Assembly: GCA_038881595.1 (NCBI GenBank)
Contig: JAVZPM010000003.1
Location: 4,739-68,738, forward strand
Source: Candidatus Micrarchaeia archaeon
GTDB taxonomy: Archaea; Micrarchaeota; Micrarchaeia; CABMEP01
DNA length: 64,000 nucleotides
Direction of reading: 5' to 3'
The notes under the pieces were generated by a model that was not told the origin of the DNA, did no database searches, and saw nothing but the letters and a program-made list of their open reading frames with translations. This document shows positions 1-8,996 of this stretch, in pieces. The stretch's first letter is position 1; each line of letters begins with the position of its first letter. A program made the translations under genes and the position numbers.

Positions 1-128
1 TTATAGATTGATCTACTCATTCTTTTTTAAAACATTCTTTTTTAGAAGATTTAAAAAGGTAATCTTTTTATTGTTAATCTAAAATTGCGTCTATTAAACT
101 ATTTCAGTTTCTTTTAAATATTTTAAAT

Positions 129-773
129 TCATTTCCTCTTTTTTCTTAATAATTCGTTTAATTCGTCTAATGCAGCACTGATTGCATCTCTTCTTTTTCT
201 TCTAGAAGAATCAGAAAGAGAGATATCTCCGAATGATTCTATTGTCGCATCTGTAACTGTATCAACAATATCTGCAGATTTTGAAGATAAAGAATCAATA
301 ATAGAGATTAAATCTTTCTTTGAAATCACTTCTTTTTCAGATGCTTCTTCATCTATTTCTTCAGCGCCTGCTTTCCTTTTCATTTTATTCATTTTTGTTG
401 TTCTTTCGTTTATTTTTCCAAGTAAAGAATTTATTTCGTCTTTTGTTAACGCTTCTTTCTTTTCTCTTTTGATTGGAATTCCTATTCCACTACCGGGTCT
501 GAGAAGCGGAGGCTGTTTTTTCTTTTCCTCTTCTTCCTTCTTCTTTCTTTCCTCCTCTCTTATGCGTTCCAAACGTTCCTTTGCTCTAAAGTAATCAGAT
601 CTGCAATAAAACAATCCGTTCCATTCAACCATTTCGTCCCTTGGAAATCTTCTTCCGCACTCTGCACATAACTTGAAGTCTCTTGCATGATAGCATTCTC
701 TGCAGACAAAACCAAGAACCGTATCTTCTCCTTCACCTGCTGGAACATCCTTTCCACAAATATTACATCTCAT
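129..773 (-). CDS. Double zinc-finger (LIM-like spacing) protein with K/E-rich linker and acidic/Ser-rich tail; function unknown
   Basis: 214-aa ORF. N-terminus has C3-x2-C6-x17-C24-x2-C27 and C36-x2-C39-x17-C57-x2-D60, followed by EEERKKKEEEEKKK low complexity. Confidence 0.6.
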   Translation of the reverse strand: MRCNICGKDVPAGEGEDTVLGFVCRECYHARDFKLCAECGRRFPRDEMVEWNGLFYCRSDYFRAKERLERIREEERKKKEEEEKKKQPPLLRPGSGIGIPIKREKKEALTKDEINSLLGKINERTTKMNKMKRKAGAEEIDEEASEKEVISKKDLISIIDSLSSKSADIVDTVTDATIESFGDISLSDSSRRKRRDAISAALDELNELLRKKRK

Positions 774-809
774 TAATACACCATATAAACATTAATACAA
801 TATATAAAA

Positions 810-1814
810 TTACTTAAGAAAAGAAACAAAAATGGAAAGAACACCGAGAAGAAGCTGGATTATTAAAAATAAAGATACTAATTCGTATTCTCTTAACCCG
901 TTAAACTTGCTCAAGACGAACTGACCAAGATGAATGCTTTTTCCTTCATGATATAGTTTCCCATTTCTGTAAGTTCCCCACCATTTGGTTGTTGGCAGAT
1001 TGTTTGGAACTTTGAAGAAAAGAAAATCAACTATGTAAAGAAGCAGTAGAATAAAGCCTTCTGCTTCTAATCCTCCAAGAATCACAATCTCAGAAAAAAC
1101 AGCTCCTATAACAAGCGTTCCTACATCATCTATGAATATCTTTGCAGGATACCAATTGTAGAAAAGAAATGCAAGTGAAGAAGCGAAAAGAGGAACAGAG
1201 AGAAGAAGAACAACTGGAAGATTATGGATGAAACCGAGTAAAATAAAGAAAAATGAAATTATAGCAGCTAGGCCTGCTTCTAATCCATTATAACCTGCAA
1301 AAGTATTAGTCACATTTGTGACTGCCATTACTCCGATTGGAACAAGGAGAAGAAGGTATAATGAAATGGGGATTGGAAGCGGACCGATAAACGGAAGAGA
1401 AAAAATATGAAGCCAAGAGGATTTTAATATTATTATTGGAACTGCGATAAGTAAAGGAAGAAGAAGTTTAATTTTGTGTGGAATTGAAATAAAATCGTCG
1501 ATCAGCCCGATGCTTGCAGCTATTACTACAACCAATATAGAATAAATTGTTGCCTCTGCAAGTCTGTCACTTGTAAATGAATCAAAAAAGACAGAAAAAG
1601 AACCGAATGAAAAAACAATATACGCAAGGAATAAAGAAATGATAAGAGACAATACGATTGCAATACCACCCAATCCAGGTACAAACGGCTTTCCTTTTTT
1701 ATGAACGTCATTCCCTCCAATCTTTCTTTTATTACATTCTTTTATTATATAAGGAATAGTAACAGATGTTATAATAAGAGAAATTAAAAACATAAAAAGC
1801 AAAAGCAATAACAT
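810..1814 (-). CDS. Glycosyltransferase family 4 (MraY/WecA/AglH-like), putative UDP-GlcNAc:dolichyl-phosphate GlcNAc-1-P transferase
   Basis: Polytopic membrane ORF with DDFISIP, NVTNTFAGYNGLEAG and DDVGTLVIG motifs typical of polyprenyl-phosphate sugar-1-P transferases. The listed ORF begins at TTG (1835); ATG at 1814 is preceded by AAGGTG. Confidence 0.7.
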   Translation of the reverse strand: MLLLLLFMFLISLIITSVTIPYIIKECNKRKIGGNDVHKKGKPFVPGLGGIAIVLSLIISLFLAYIVFSFGSFSVFFDSFTSDRLAEATIYSILVVVIAASIGLIDDFISIPHKIKLLLPLLIAVPIIILKSSWLHIFSLPFIGPLPIPISLYLLLLVPIGVMAVTNVTNTFAGYNGLEAGLAAIISFFFILLGFIHNLPVVLLLSVPLFASSLAFLFYNWYPAKIFIDDVGTLVIGAVFSEIVILGGLEAEGFILLLLYIVDFLFFKVPNNLPTTKWWGTYRNGKLYHEGKSIHLGQFVLSKFNGLREYELVSLFLIIQLLLGVLSIFVSFLK

Positions 1815-1927
1815 AAAAGACACCTTACAACTCAAACTTTACCTGCTATTAATTTTTAAATGCATAATATTTTTAATCTACACGATTGAAGAGAAGCACC
1901 TAAAAAAATACTGATAATTTTAGAACA

Positions 1928-2233
1928 TCATCTCTTTTTCTTTGAAATGTTTTTATCCTTTGTCTCTTTTATTTCTTTCTCAAATTTTAATCTTTCTTGT
2001 TCTTTTGCATACTCTTTTTGCAAATCTTCCATATTTATCTTGGAAAGTAGAACCCTTGACATCTGGTCTGTGCTTTCAGTTATTTCTATCAGCCTTTTAA
2101 GAAATATCGCATTTTTTAAGAAATCTCTCGCTGCCTCTTCAAAAGTTATTCCTCTTTGTGCAGCTATCTTCATTAGTTCAATAGTAATGTATCTTATTTC
2201 ACTATTTATAGAATCTTCATCTTCAAAACCCAT
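1928..2233 (-). CDS. Hypothetical protein (helical, K/E-rich C-terminus)
   Basis: 101-aa ORF with TGTGATCAT SD-like motif directly upstream of the ATG. The antisense ORF 1947..2237 looks low-complexity and spurious. Confidence 0.5.
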   Translation of the reverse strand: MGFEDEDSINSEIRYITIELMKIAAQRGITFEEAARDFLKNAIFLKRLIEITESTDQMSRVLLSKINMEDLQKEYAKEQERLKFEKEIKETKDKNISKKKR

Positions 2234-2307
2234 ATGATCACATAAATAAATTGTGATGAGAGAATTAAAAGTCTTTCTTTACTTAAATTAAATGAAACTG
2301 TGAGAAT

Positions 2308-3039
2308 ATGAAAAAAGATAATGAAAATCTAAAAAATCTAAGAGAAAAAATATGCCCTAAATGCGGAAGGAGCGAAAGAGAGGTTTCATTCCATGGTTTC
2401 ATATGTATCGATGATTTTCTTGCTGAGAAAAAAATGAAAATTCCTTCAAAAATACTTCTTCAGATATGTAAATATGAAGACAAGATGAACGCTAGAAACA
2501 ATCCTAAAACATGGGTTACAAGTTGGAAAGAGATACTGGAGCAGATTGAAAATATGATAAGGGTAAGCGGTGCAGATGTTAAATGTAGAGATGTTGATAT
2601 AAACAAAAAAATTGCTATAGTAGATATAATTTTTGAAGGAGATGAAAAAAATAAAATAACAAAAGAGATACCTTTAGACGTTAGATACACATTATGTGAT
2701 GTCCATACCAAATCTGTGAGAGGTTATTATGAGGCTATTATTCAGATAAGGCCTCCAGAAAATTGGAGAGCTGAAACTGATGAGGAAGAAAAAGAAATGG
2801 AAACAAAAATAAAGAGAAAAACTAATGAAATAATATATGGATTACAAGAAGTTCAACCTGATATATACATCAAAAAAGAAACGCTCAAAAAAGGAATAGA
2901 TCTATACGTCTCTTCTACTGCATCTACCTTTAAAGCATTAAGTATGCTAGGGATAAAAATAATAAAAAGCAAAAAACTATGGACAATGAAAGAGGGAAAA
3001 GAACTCTATAGAACAACATTTATCGTTAGAGTAAATTAA
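2308..3039 (+). CDS. NMD3-family-like protein (archaeal COG1499-like, Cys ligands partly lost)
   Basis: N-terminal CPKCGR knuckle and the GYYEAIIQIR segment resemble the NMD3 signature (..yeAilQvR). SD GTGAGAAT lies before the ATG. Confidence 0.45.
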   Translation: MKKDNENLKNLREKICPKCGRSEREVSFHGFICIDDFLAEKKMKIPSKILLQICKYEDKMNARNNPKTWVTSWKEILEQIENMIRVSGADVKCRDVDINKKIAIVDIIFEGDEKNKITKEIPLDVRYTLCDVHTKSVRGYYEAIIQIRPPENWRAETDEEEKEMETKIKRKTNEIIYGLQEVQPDIYIKKETLKKGIDLYVSSTASTFKALSMLGIKIIKSKKLWTMKEGKELYRTTFIVRVN

Positions 3040-3106
3040 TTCAGAAAGTGACAAAAATGAAAAATAAGAAAGAAATGGAAATGAAAAAATTTAGCAAAAT
3101 AAAAAA

Positions 3107-3298
3107 TCACCAAGATCTCATTATTTCAGCGATTTGTTTTTGATGAAGCCTTAAAAATGCTTTGATTTCTTTTTTCTTTTCCTGTTGTTTAAGTATATTA
3201 CAGGATTCTTTATCTAACTCCCAATAACCTGCATTATTTATTGCTATTGACTTTACATCATCTTTGTCAAAGTTTACGTTTGCCTTATTTACAACCAT
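3107..3298 (-). CDS. Small hypothetical protein
   Basis: 63-aa ORF with GGTGAGATA SD 3 nt upstream of the ATG. Confidence 0.4.
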   Translation of the reverse strand: MVVNKANVNFDKDDVKSIAINNAGYWELDKESCNILKQQEKKKEIKAFLRLHQKQIAEIMRSW

Positions 3299-3425
3299 TA
3301 TCTCACCAATTAAACATTACATATTTGTAATATTGACTAAAAAAAGCACGTAAAAGATGTTTATATACTTTTTGGTTTACATTTTATTACTTAACTTTAT
3401 TATTTACTCCTTATTTTCTCACTAA

Positions 3426-5417
3426 TCAGCCCTTAATTAACCTTTCAGCTGCTTCCGCTATTCCTTCTGCTGATAGACCTATACTCTTAAGCATGTCTGT
3501 TCTCTTTCCATGATCAAAGAATCTATCTGGAATAGCTAATACCTTAACGGGCACCTGAAGGTTGTTATTTGCAAGAACCTCTAACACACCACTCCCAAAT
3601 CCACCTAATGCATGTCCTTCTTCGGCTGTTACTACTCTGCCACATCTTGAAGCCACATCTATTATGAGTTGTTCATCAAGAGGCTTTATGAATCTTGCAT
3701 TAACAACGGTTGCATTTATTCCCTTATTCTTTAATATTTCTGCTGCTTTTATTGCTTCATTAACCATACTTCCTATTGCAATTATAGCGACATCCTCTCC
3801 ATACTCTACCTCAATCTTTCCTTTTCCTATTTCAATCTTTAATTCTTCTGCAGGCGGCTTTGGCATACCTGTTATTGAAGCTTTTGGATATCTTAATGAA
3901 GATGGACCTTTCTCCCAGGACAAAGCAAATTCAAGCATTGCCTCTAACTCATGCTCATTTGCAGGTGCCATTGCAACCATATTTGGAACCATCCTCATAT
4001 AAACAATGTCAAAAGGACCTTGTTGGGTTGCATTATCATCCACAAGACCTGCATTATTTAATGCAAACACAACAGGTAAATTCTGTAATGCAACTTCATA
4101 TATTACTTCATCTATGGCTCTCTTCAAGAAAGATGAATGAACTGCTACAACAGGTCTCATTCCGCCTTTCGCAAGACCTGATGCTATAGTAACTTCACTT
4201 TGCTCAGCTATTCCTACATCTATAAATCTTTCTGGAAATTCTTTTGAAAATGGAAGAAGACCACTCCCTATTGGCATTGCTGCTGTTAAAGCGTATATCC
4301 TCTTATCTTTTCTAGCCAATTCTATAAGTTTATTTCCAAATGTTTCAAAGTATGGTGGAAGTGTTCCTGGACTCTTTATTATTTCTCCAGATTCTGGATC
4401 AAACTTTCCTAAACCATGGTACTTACCATGTTTATCTGAAGAGGATTCTGCGAATGGAACTCCTTTTCCTTTTGTTGTTATTACATGAACCAATACTGGT
4501 CCTTTCATAAGCTTTGCTCTCTGGAATGTTTCGATTAGCAAAGGAATATTGTGTCCATCTATTGGACCAAGATATCTGTAACCAAGCTCTTCGAAAACAA
4601 TACCAGGAGTTAAAACTGAAAGCGCTGCTTCTCTTAATCTTCTTACTGCTGCATGAAGCTCTTCTCTTTCTCTTGGAACATTATCTAATAAAAGATGAAT
4701 GTCTCCTCTAACTTGGTGATATATTGGACTCTCAAATATTCTATTTCCAAATGAAAGTCTATTATTATATGCCTGTAGACCACCTACTGTTTCTTCGTAT
4801 GACATCCTATTATCGTTTAATACCAAAATAAACTTCTTGCCTGCATATCCACCATAATTAAGACCTTCGAGTGCGACTCCTCCAGTCAGTGCACCATCTC
4901 CTATAACTGCTACAATCTCATAGTTCTCTTTCTTTTCATCTCTTGCTATTGCCATTCCTATTGCCTGACATATAACTGGACTTGCATGACCTGTAATAAA
5001 ATGATCATGCTCACTTTCTCTTGGATCTGTAAATCCACTTAATCCACCTGGTTGTCTTAATGTATGGAATTTTTCATATCTTCCTGTAAGTAACTTATGA
5101 GTATATGACTGATGGCCAGTATCAAAAAGAATCTTATCCTTTGGAGAATTAAATACTCTGTGCAATGCAATAGTTAATTCAACAGTACCTAGATTTGGTG
5201 AAAGATGACCTCCATTCTTTGAAATTGTTTTTAATAGCACATTTCTTATTTCAGATGCAAGTTTTGGCAATTCGCTCATAGGAAGTTTCTTCAAATCATC
5301 TGGTGATTTTATCTTAGGAAGTAATCCTTCTACGGTTTTCGATTCTGAATGTGATGAATGTTTTTGATTTGGATTTCTTTCTGGTGTTTTTGAATTACCT
5401 TGATCTTTTCCTTTCAT
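3426..5417 (-). CDS. dxs: 1-deoxy-D-xylulose-5-phosphate synthase (MEP pathway step 1)
   Basis: GHLSPNLGTVELTIALH, DTGHQSYTHKLLTGR, the TPP motif IGDGALTGG...LNDN, and transketolase-like Pyr and C-terminal domains. Has a roughly 40-aa polar N-terminal extension. Confidence 0.93.
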   Translation of the reverse strand: MKGKDQGNSKTPERNPNQKHSSHSESKTVEGLLPKIKSPDDLKKLPMSELPKLASEIRNVLLKTISKNGGHLSPNLGTVELTIALHRVFNSPKDKILFDTGHQSYTHKLLTGRYEKFHTLRQPGGLSGFTDPRESEHDHFITGHASPVICQAIGMAIARDEKKENYEIVAVIGDGALTGGVALEGLNYGGYAGKKFILVLNDNRMSYEETVGGLQAYNNRLSFGNRIFESPIYHQVRGDIHLLLDNVPREREELHAAVRRLREAALSVLTPGIVFEELGYRYLGPIDGHNIPLLIETFQRAKLMKGPVLVHVITTKGKGVPFAESSSDKHGKYHGLGKFDPESGEIIKSPGTLPPYFETFGNKLIELARKDKRIYALTAAMPIGSGLLPFSKEFPERFIDVGIAEQSEVTIASGLAKGGMRPVVAVHSSFLKRAIDEVIYEVALQNLPVVFALNNAGLVDDNATQQGPFDIVYMRMVPNMVAMAPANEHELEAMLEFALSWEKGPSSLRYPKASITGMPKPPAEELKIEIGKGKIEVEYGEDVAIIAIGSMVNEAIKAAEILKNKGINATVVNARFIKPLDEQLIIDVASRCGRVVTAEEGHALGGFGSGVLEVLANNNLQVPVKVLAIPDRFFDHGKRTDMLKSIGLSAEGIAEAAERLIKG

Positions 5418-5716
5418 GGATTCACCTCATAAATATCTAACTATATTACAAAACTTAAAATGTATAATATAAGTTTGAGATACTTCCAAGTTTTAATTGG
5501 TAGATTTTCTGCATGTAAAAGATGCAGATATAACAATGCAAAGCCTTATCTAACATATTCAATTTCATAGCCTCCAATTGGATACATGGAAGTCTATAGA
5601 CACATAAGATATGTACCTGTAATTATAACTATCAAACATAAGATTTAAAAATCTCGTTATGTGTCAATTCCATTTTCGTCACTTGCCGAAATTATAAGAA
5701 ATTATAATTGTTTTAG

Positions 5717-6850
5717 CTATTCTTTTTTTAACCTTCCGATTCTTTTCTTCCAACTTAATGGAACTGGATTTAAAATTCCAACCTTACTAAGCAACTCCTT
5801 CATAGTAGTGGCACATACCTTTCCATACCATTTTAGAAGTGTATGACCTTTTCCTATAAAATATTTTGAATTGAATTCAAGCTTCTGAAAATCCTTCAGC
5901 TTTATATTAGTAAAGTCAATATTCTGCCTGCATGATTTTATTATCTGAGAAAGAACCTCAGGATCTTTAATTTCAGAAGGAAAAATTACTCTTTTTGGCT
6001 TATAACCTGCAGTTATAAGGATTTCTCTTATATGTTCATTTCTAAGTGCATTTGTTCCATAAAACCTTTTAGCCAACGCCTGACCACTAATCGTGCCCGG
6101 ATTTCTTCTGTCAAGAACCCTTAGTTCTTTGCTTTTGAATCTCATTTTGTAAAAATCGACAATGGAAACAAACCAGTTGTCAAAATCAACACCTGAAGAC
6201 TCTAAGATCTTTCTTAAGAGAGCAGGTTTATGTCTTATTGAACTATAGTTATGATTTATAATCCCACTTATTTCAAGCATTGTTTCAAAACCTGATCTTA
6301 AGGGTACACACTTCCTTTCCTTTGATCTTAATTTTTTAACGAAATTAGAAAGTTCTTTAGGAAGTTTTTCATTTTTCTTCATTTTATCTATTACAGAATT
6401 TTGAAATTCTATAATTAATTCTCCTCCTGTTCCAATAAATTTATCTGTACGAATCTCTTTATTTATGAATTCCTTAAACTTTATTGTTTGAAGGTTTATC
6501 TTTGAATTAAGAAGTATTGCCTTAATTATAGCTGGATCTGAATAATCATAGGTGTTAGTATTATATTTAGAAGTGAGACCGATCCAGCTGAAAAGACGTG
6601 CAAGATTCTTTGAAGATCGTGTTCCATCGCCAAATCTTCTTAATAATGTTTGAGCAGAGATAGAATCATTTTTAATCTTAAAATTCATTTTTATAAAATC
6701 TTTATATTCAATTATCGGTGTTACCCCTGCTTCTAAAAGTGAACGTTTTAACTCTTCTTTTGATGACAATAATCTTGAAAACTTGCAATTTCTCACAAAA
6801 GAGAAATTTGCATCTTTGTTTTGATTTTGATTATAGTTAAGATTTTGCAT
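5717..6850 (-). CDS. Hypothetical protein with four tandem ~80-aa HTH-like repeats
   Basis: Repeats start near KEELKRSLLEAGV, DPAIIKAILLNSKI, KPALLRKILESSGV and DPEVLSQIIKSCRQ. Each is followed by a DF..(F/K) segment and a G..(T/A)LL.(R/K)(F/W)(G/Y)G helix-turn-helix-like segment. Confidence 0.6.
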   Translation of the reverse strand: MQNLNYNQNQNKDANFSFVRNCKFSRLLSSKEELKRSLLEAGVTPIIEYKDFIKMNFKIKNDSISAQTLLRRFGDGTRSSKNLARLFSWIGLTSKYNTNTYDYSDPAIIKAILLNSKINLQTIKFKEFINKEIRTDKFIGTGGELIIEFQNSVIDKMKKNEKLPKELSNFVKKLRSKERKCVPLRSGFETMLEISGIINHNYSSIRHKPALLRKILESSGVDFDNWFVSIVDFYKMRFKSKELRVLDRRNPGTISGQALAKRFYGTNALRNEHIREILITAGYKPKRVIFPSEIKDPEVLSQIIKSCRQNIDFTNIKLKDFQKLEFNSKYFIGKGHTLLKWYGKVCATTMKELLSKVGILNPVPLSWKKRIGRLKKE

Positions 6851-6902
6851 AAAAAATAAGACACATAAATATGATTTAAATTTTTCGCTTCAATTGATTT
6901 GT

Positions 6903-7589
6903 TTAATATTTCTGTAAAGTTTCTTTTATTTTATTCAAATCTCCTTCTAAAAGAAGCAATGGAAGACCTTCCTTTTCAGCTATTTTAACTGCTAATGGAT
7001 CAACATCTTTTTTCTTTAATCCGTGAATTGCAATTAGTGATGGCTTGATTGGTGCGAGCTTAACTGCAATCATTGGACTTCTACCGCTAGAAACATTTGT
7101 GAATATGAAGGCTCTCTCGCTTATTGAACCATAAAGTTTTTGGAAATCATTGTATTGAAAGTCCAAAATTATTTTGTGGCTGTCCAGAAGCGTATAACCA
7201 TAAACTCTTTTCTTTTCTAAAAGCTCCGCATTTGCAAGAGGAATCGCTTCAAGCATTTTCTGAAAGTCGATACCTGTAAGTATAGAGGAGAAATTCTTCA
7301 CTTCGAATGCATCAGAAGGCTTTTCCTCTATTGCGAGCTTTTGAATCACCTTTGAGCCCCTTTCCTTGTCTATTCTGATAATTGTTTCTATGAATCTTTT
7401 CACTACTTTTATTCCCGGAGACTCTCTTCTGTTAGACTCATAATCACTAATTGTGGATGGTGTTATATCCATAGCTGCAGCAAGATCTGTTTGGCTTATT
7501 TCAAATATCTCTCTCCATTTCTTCATTGCAGAGCCAGGATCATCGGACATCAATATTTCTCCAGCTATCATTCTTGCTAACTTTTCCAT
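6903..7589 (-). CDS. XRE-family HTH transcriptional regulator (conserved archaeal type with C-terminal domain)
   Basis: WREIFEISQTDLAAAMDITPSTISDYESNRR is a classic Cro/C1-type HTH. The C-terminal ~130 aa are uncharacterised. Confidence 0.75.
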   Translation of the reverse strand: MEKLARMIAGEILMSDDPGSAMKKWREIFEISQTDLAAAMDITPSTISDYESNRRESPGIKVVKRFIETIIRIDKERGSKVIQKLAIEEKPSDAFEVKNFSSILTGIDFQKMLEAIPLANAELLEKKRVYGYTLLDSHKIILDFQYNDFQKLYGSISERAFIFTNVSSGRSPMIAVKLAPIKPSLIAIHGLKKKDVDPLAVKIAEKEGLPLLLLEGDLNKIKETLQKY

Positions 7590-7730
7590 TAATCCACCCT
7601 TAGATACATATGAAACAAATCACTAGATAATACATAGATCAATTAAATGTTAATATTTAATGAAATATTAGATATTATAAATATATCGCTTATTGACGAA
7701 CTTGTACTGATGCACTATCTAGGATTGCTA

Positions 7731-8978
7731 TTAAACGATCATAAGATAAATAGCATATATAAGCGCATTAAACAAAGTTAAAGGAACTCCGACTTTTAAG
7801 AAATCTTTTGCTGTAAGGGTAGCTCCTCTTTTTTCTGCATTTTGAATTATTATTACATTGCTTGCTGCACCTAATATCATAAAATTACCTGCTATTGTAC
7901 TTCCTGCAGCTAATGCCATCAAAGAAGATTCAGAAGAAGAATTAGATAGCAAGATTGGAAGATAAAGAGCAACAAATGGGACATTAGATATAAGCTGACT
8001 TACTACTATTCCTATTAATATAATCACTGGAATAAACGACAGATCAAGAGATACATGTTGGAGTTCATCTTGAATAGTACCTGTATCCCAGACTGCTTGC
8101 ATTAAAATAAACATTGATGCAAAGAACACTAGAGTTCCCCAATCTATTCCTTTAATTATTTCAAACCTTTTATTACTAAAAATTATTAATATAGAGGCTG
8201 AAATAAAAGCTATCTGACTTAAAGAAAGAAATTGAAAATGGAAAATAAATGATAAAGTATAAATGATAATCAATATAAAAAGTAAGACTAGAGAAATAAA
8301 AGATAAAACTGAAAGAGAACTGTCTCTTATTGGCTCTTTGTAATGGTCGATTCGTTTATATTTTACATTTGAACTATAAAAGTGTTTAAGAAGAAAGAAT
8401 AAAACAAAAAGATTGATTAAAGTCGGAATAAAAAGATAATAGAGGAAAGTAATAAATGGATTAGAAAGATTGGCTTTAGTTGCTATTAAAAGATTTTGTG
8501 GATTTCCGATCGGACTCATCACACTTCCTATTGTAATTGAAAATGCAAGTGCCAGTAGCATCATCTTTTTAGGCAAATTGTGCTTTTCTGCCAGATGCAG
8601 TACCAAAGGGGTTCCTATAATTGCAAGAGTATCATTCATAAGTATTGCAGAACCAAAACCTGCAAGCAAGATTAGAAAAAGCAAAAGATCTTCTGCGTTT
8701 CTTGAATTCTTCAAAAAAGAATATGAGATATGGGAGAGGTATCCGCTTTCCTCAAGGGCTTTACCGATTATAAAAATAGAAAATAAGAATAGCATTACAT
8801 CTATATCTATACTTTCTATTGCTGAAGATAAAGAAATCTCATTTAAAAATATAACAGAAATTGCGCCTAAAAGCATTATCTGCCATATCTCAATACTAAG
8901 GTTGAGTAGTTGTCTAAGAGTAATTAAGAATAAAACGATTATCAGAATAACTATAGGAATAGCAATTATAGAAACCAA
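7731..8978 (-). CDS. ArsB/NhaD/CitMHS-superfamily anion/ion permease
   Basis: 415-aa polytopic membrane protein. Duplicated GSxxSPIGNPQNL-like (SVMSPIGNPQNLLIA) and GNFMILGAASN hairpin motifs are typical of this permease superfamily. TTG start preceded by AAGGTGAAAA. Confidence 0.65.
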   Translation of the reverse strand: MVSIIAIPIVILIIVLFLITLRQLLNLSIEIWQIMLLGAISVIFLNEISLSSAIESIDIDVMLFLFSIFIIGKALEESGYLSHISYSFLKNSRNAEDLLLFLILLAGFGSAILMNDTLAIIGTPLVLHLAEKHNLPKKMMLLALAFSITIGSVMSPIGNPQNLLIATKANLSNPFITFLYYLFIPTLINLFVLFFLLKHFYSSNVKYKRIDHYKEPIRDSSLSVLSFISLVLLFILIIIYTLSFIFHFQFLSLSQIAFISASILIIFSNKRFEIIKGIDWGTLVFFASMFILMQAVWDTGTIQDELQHVSLDLSFIPVIILIGIVVSQLISNVPFVALYLPILLSNSSSESSLMALAAGSTIAGNFMILGAASNVIIIQNAEKRGATLTAKDFLKVGVPLTLFNALIYAIYLMIV

Positions 8979-8996
8979 ATTTTCACCTTACAAAAA

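Noticed and set aside
3562-4189. Plus-strand ORFs antisense to dxs. The same class includes 8470..9093, 11665..11877, 13057..13479, 13807..14058, 19598..19904, 22166..22466, 22915..23190, 23550..23927, 29375..29767, 35810..36247 and 46785..47225.
   Set aside because: All lie fully inside strongly supported genes on the opposite strand. They have biased low-complexity sequences and lack SD motifs. They are typical shadow ORFs.
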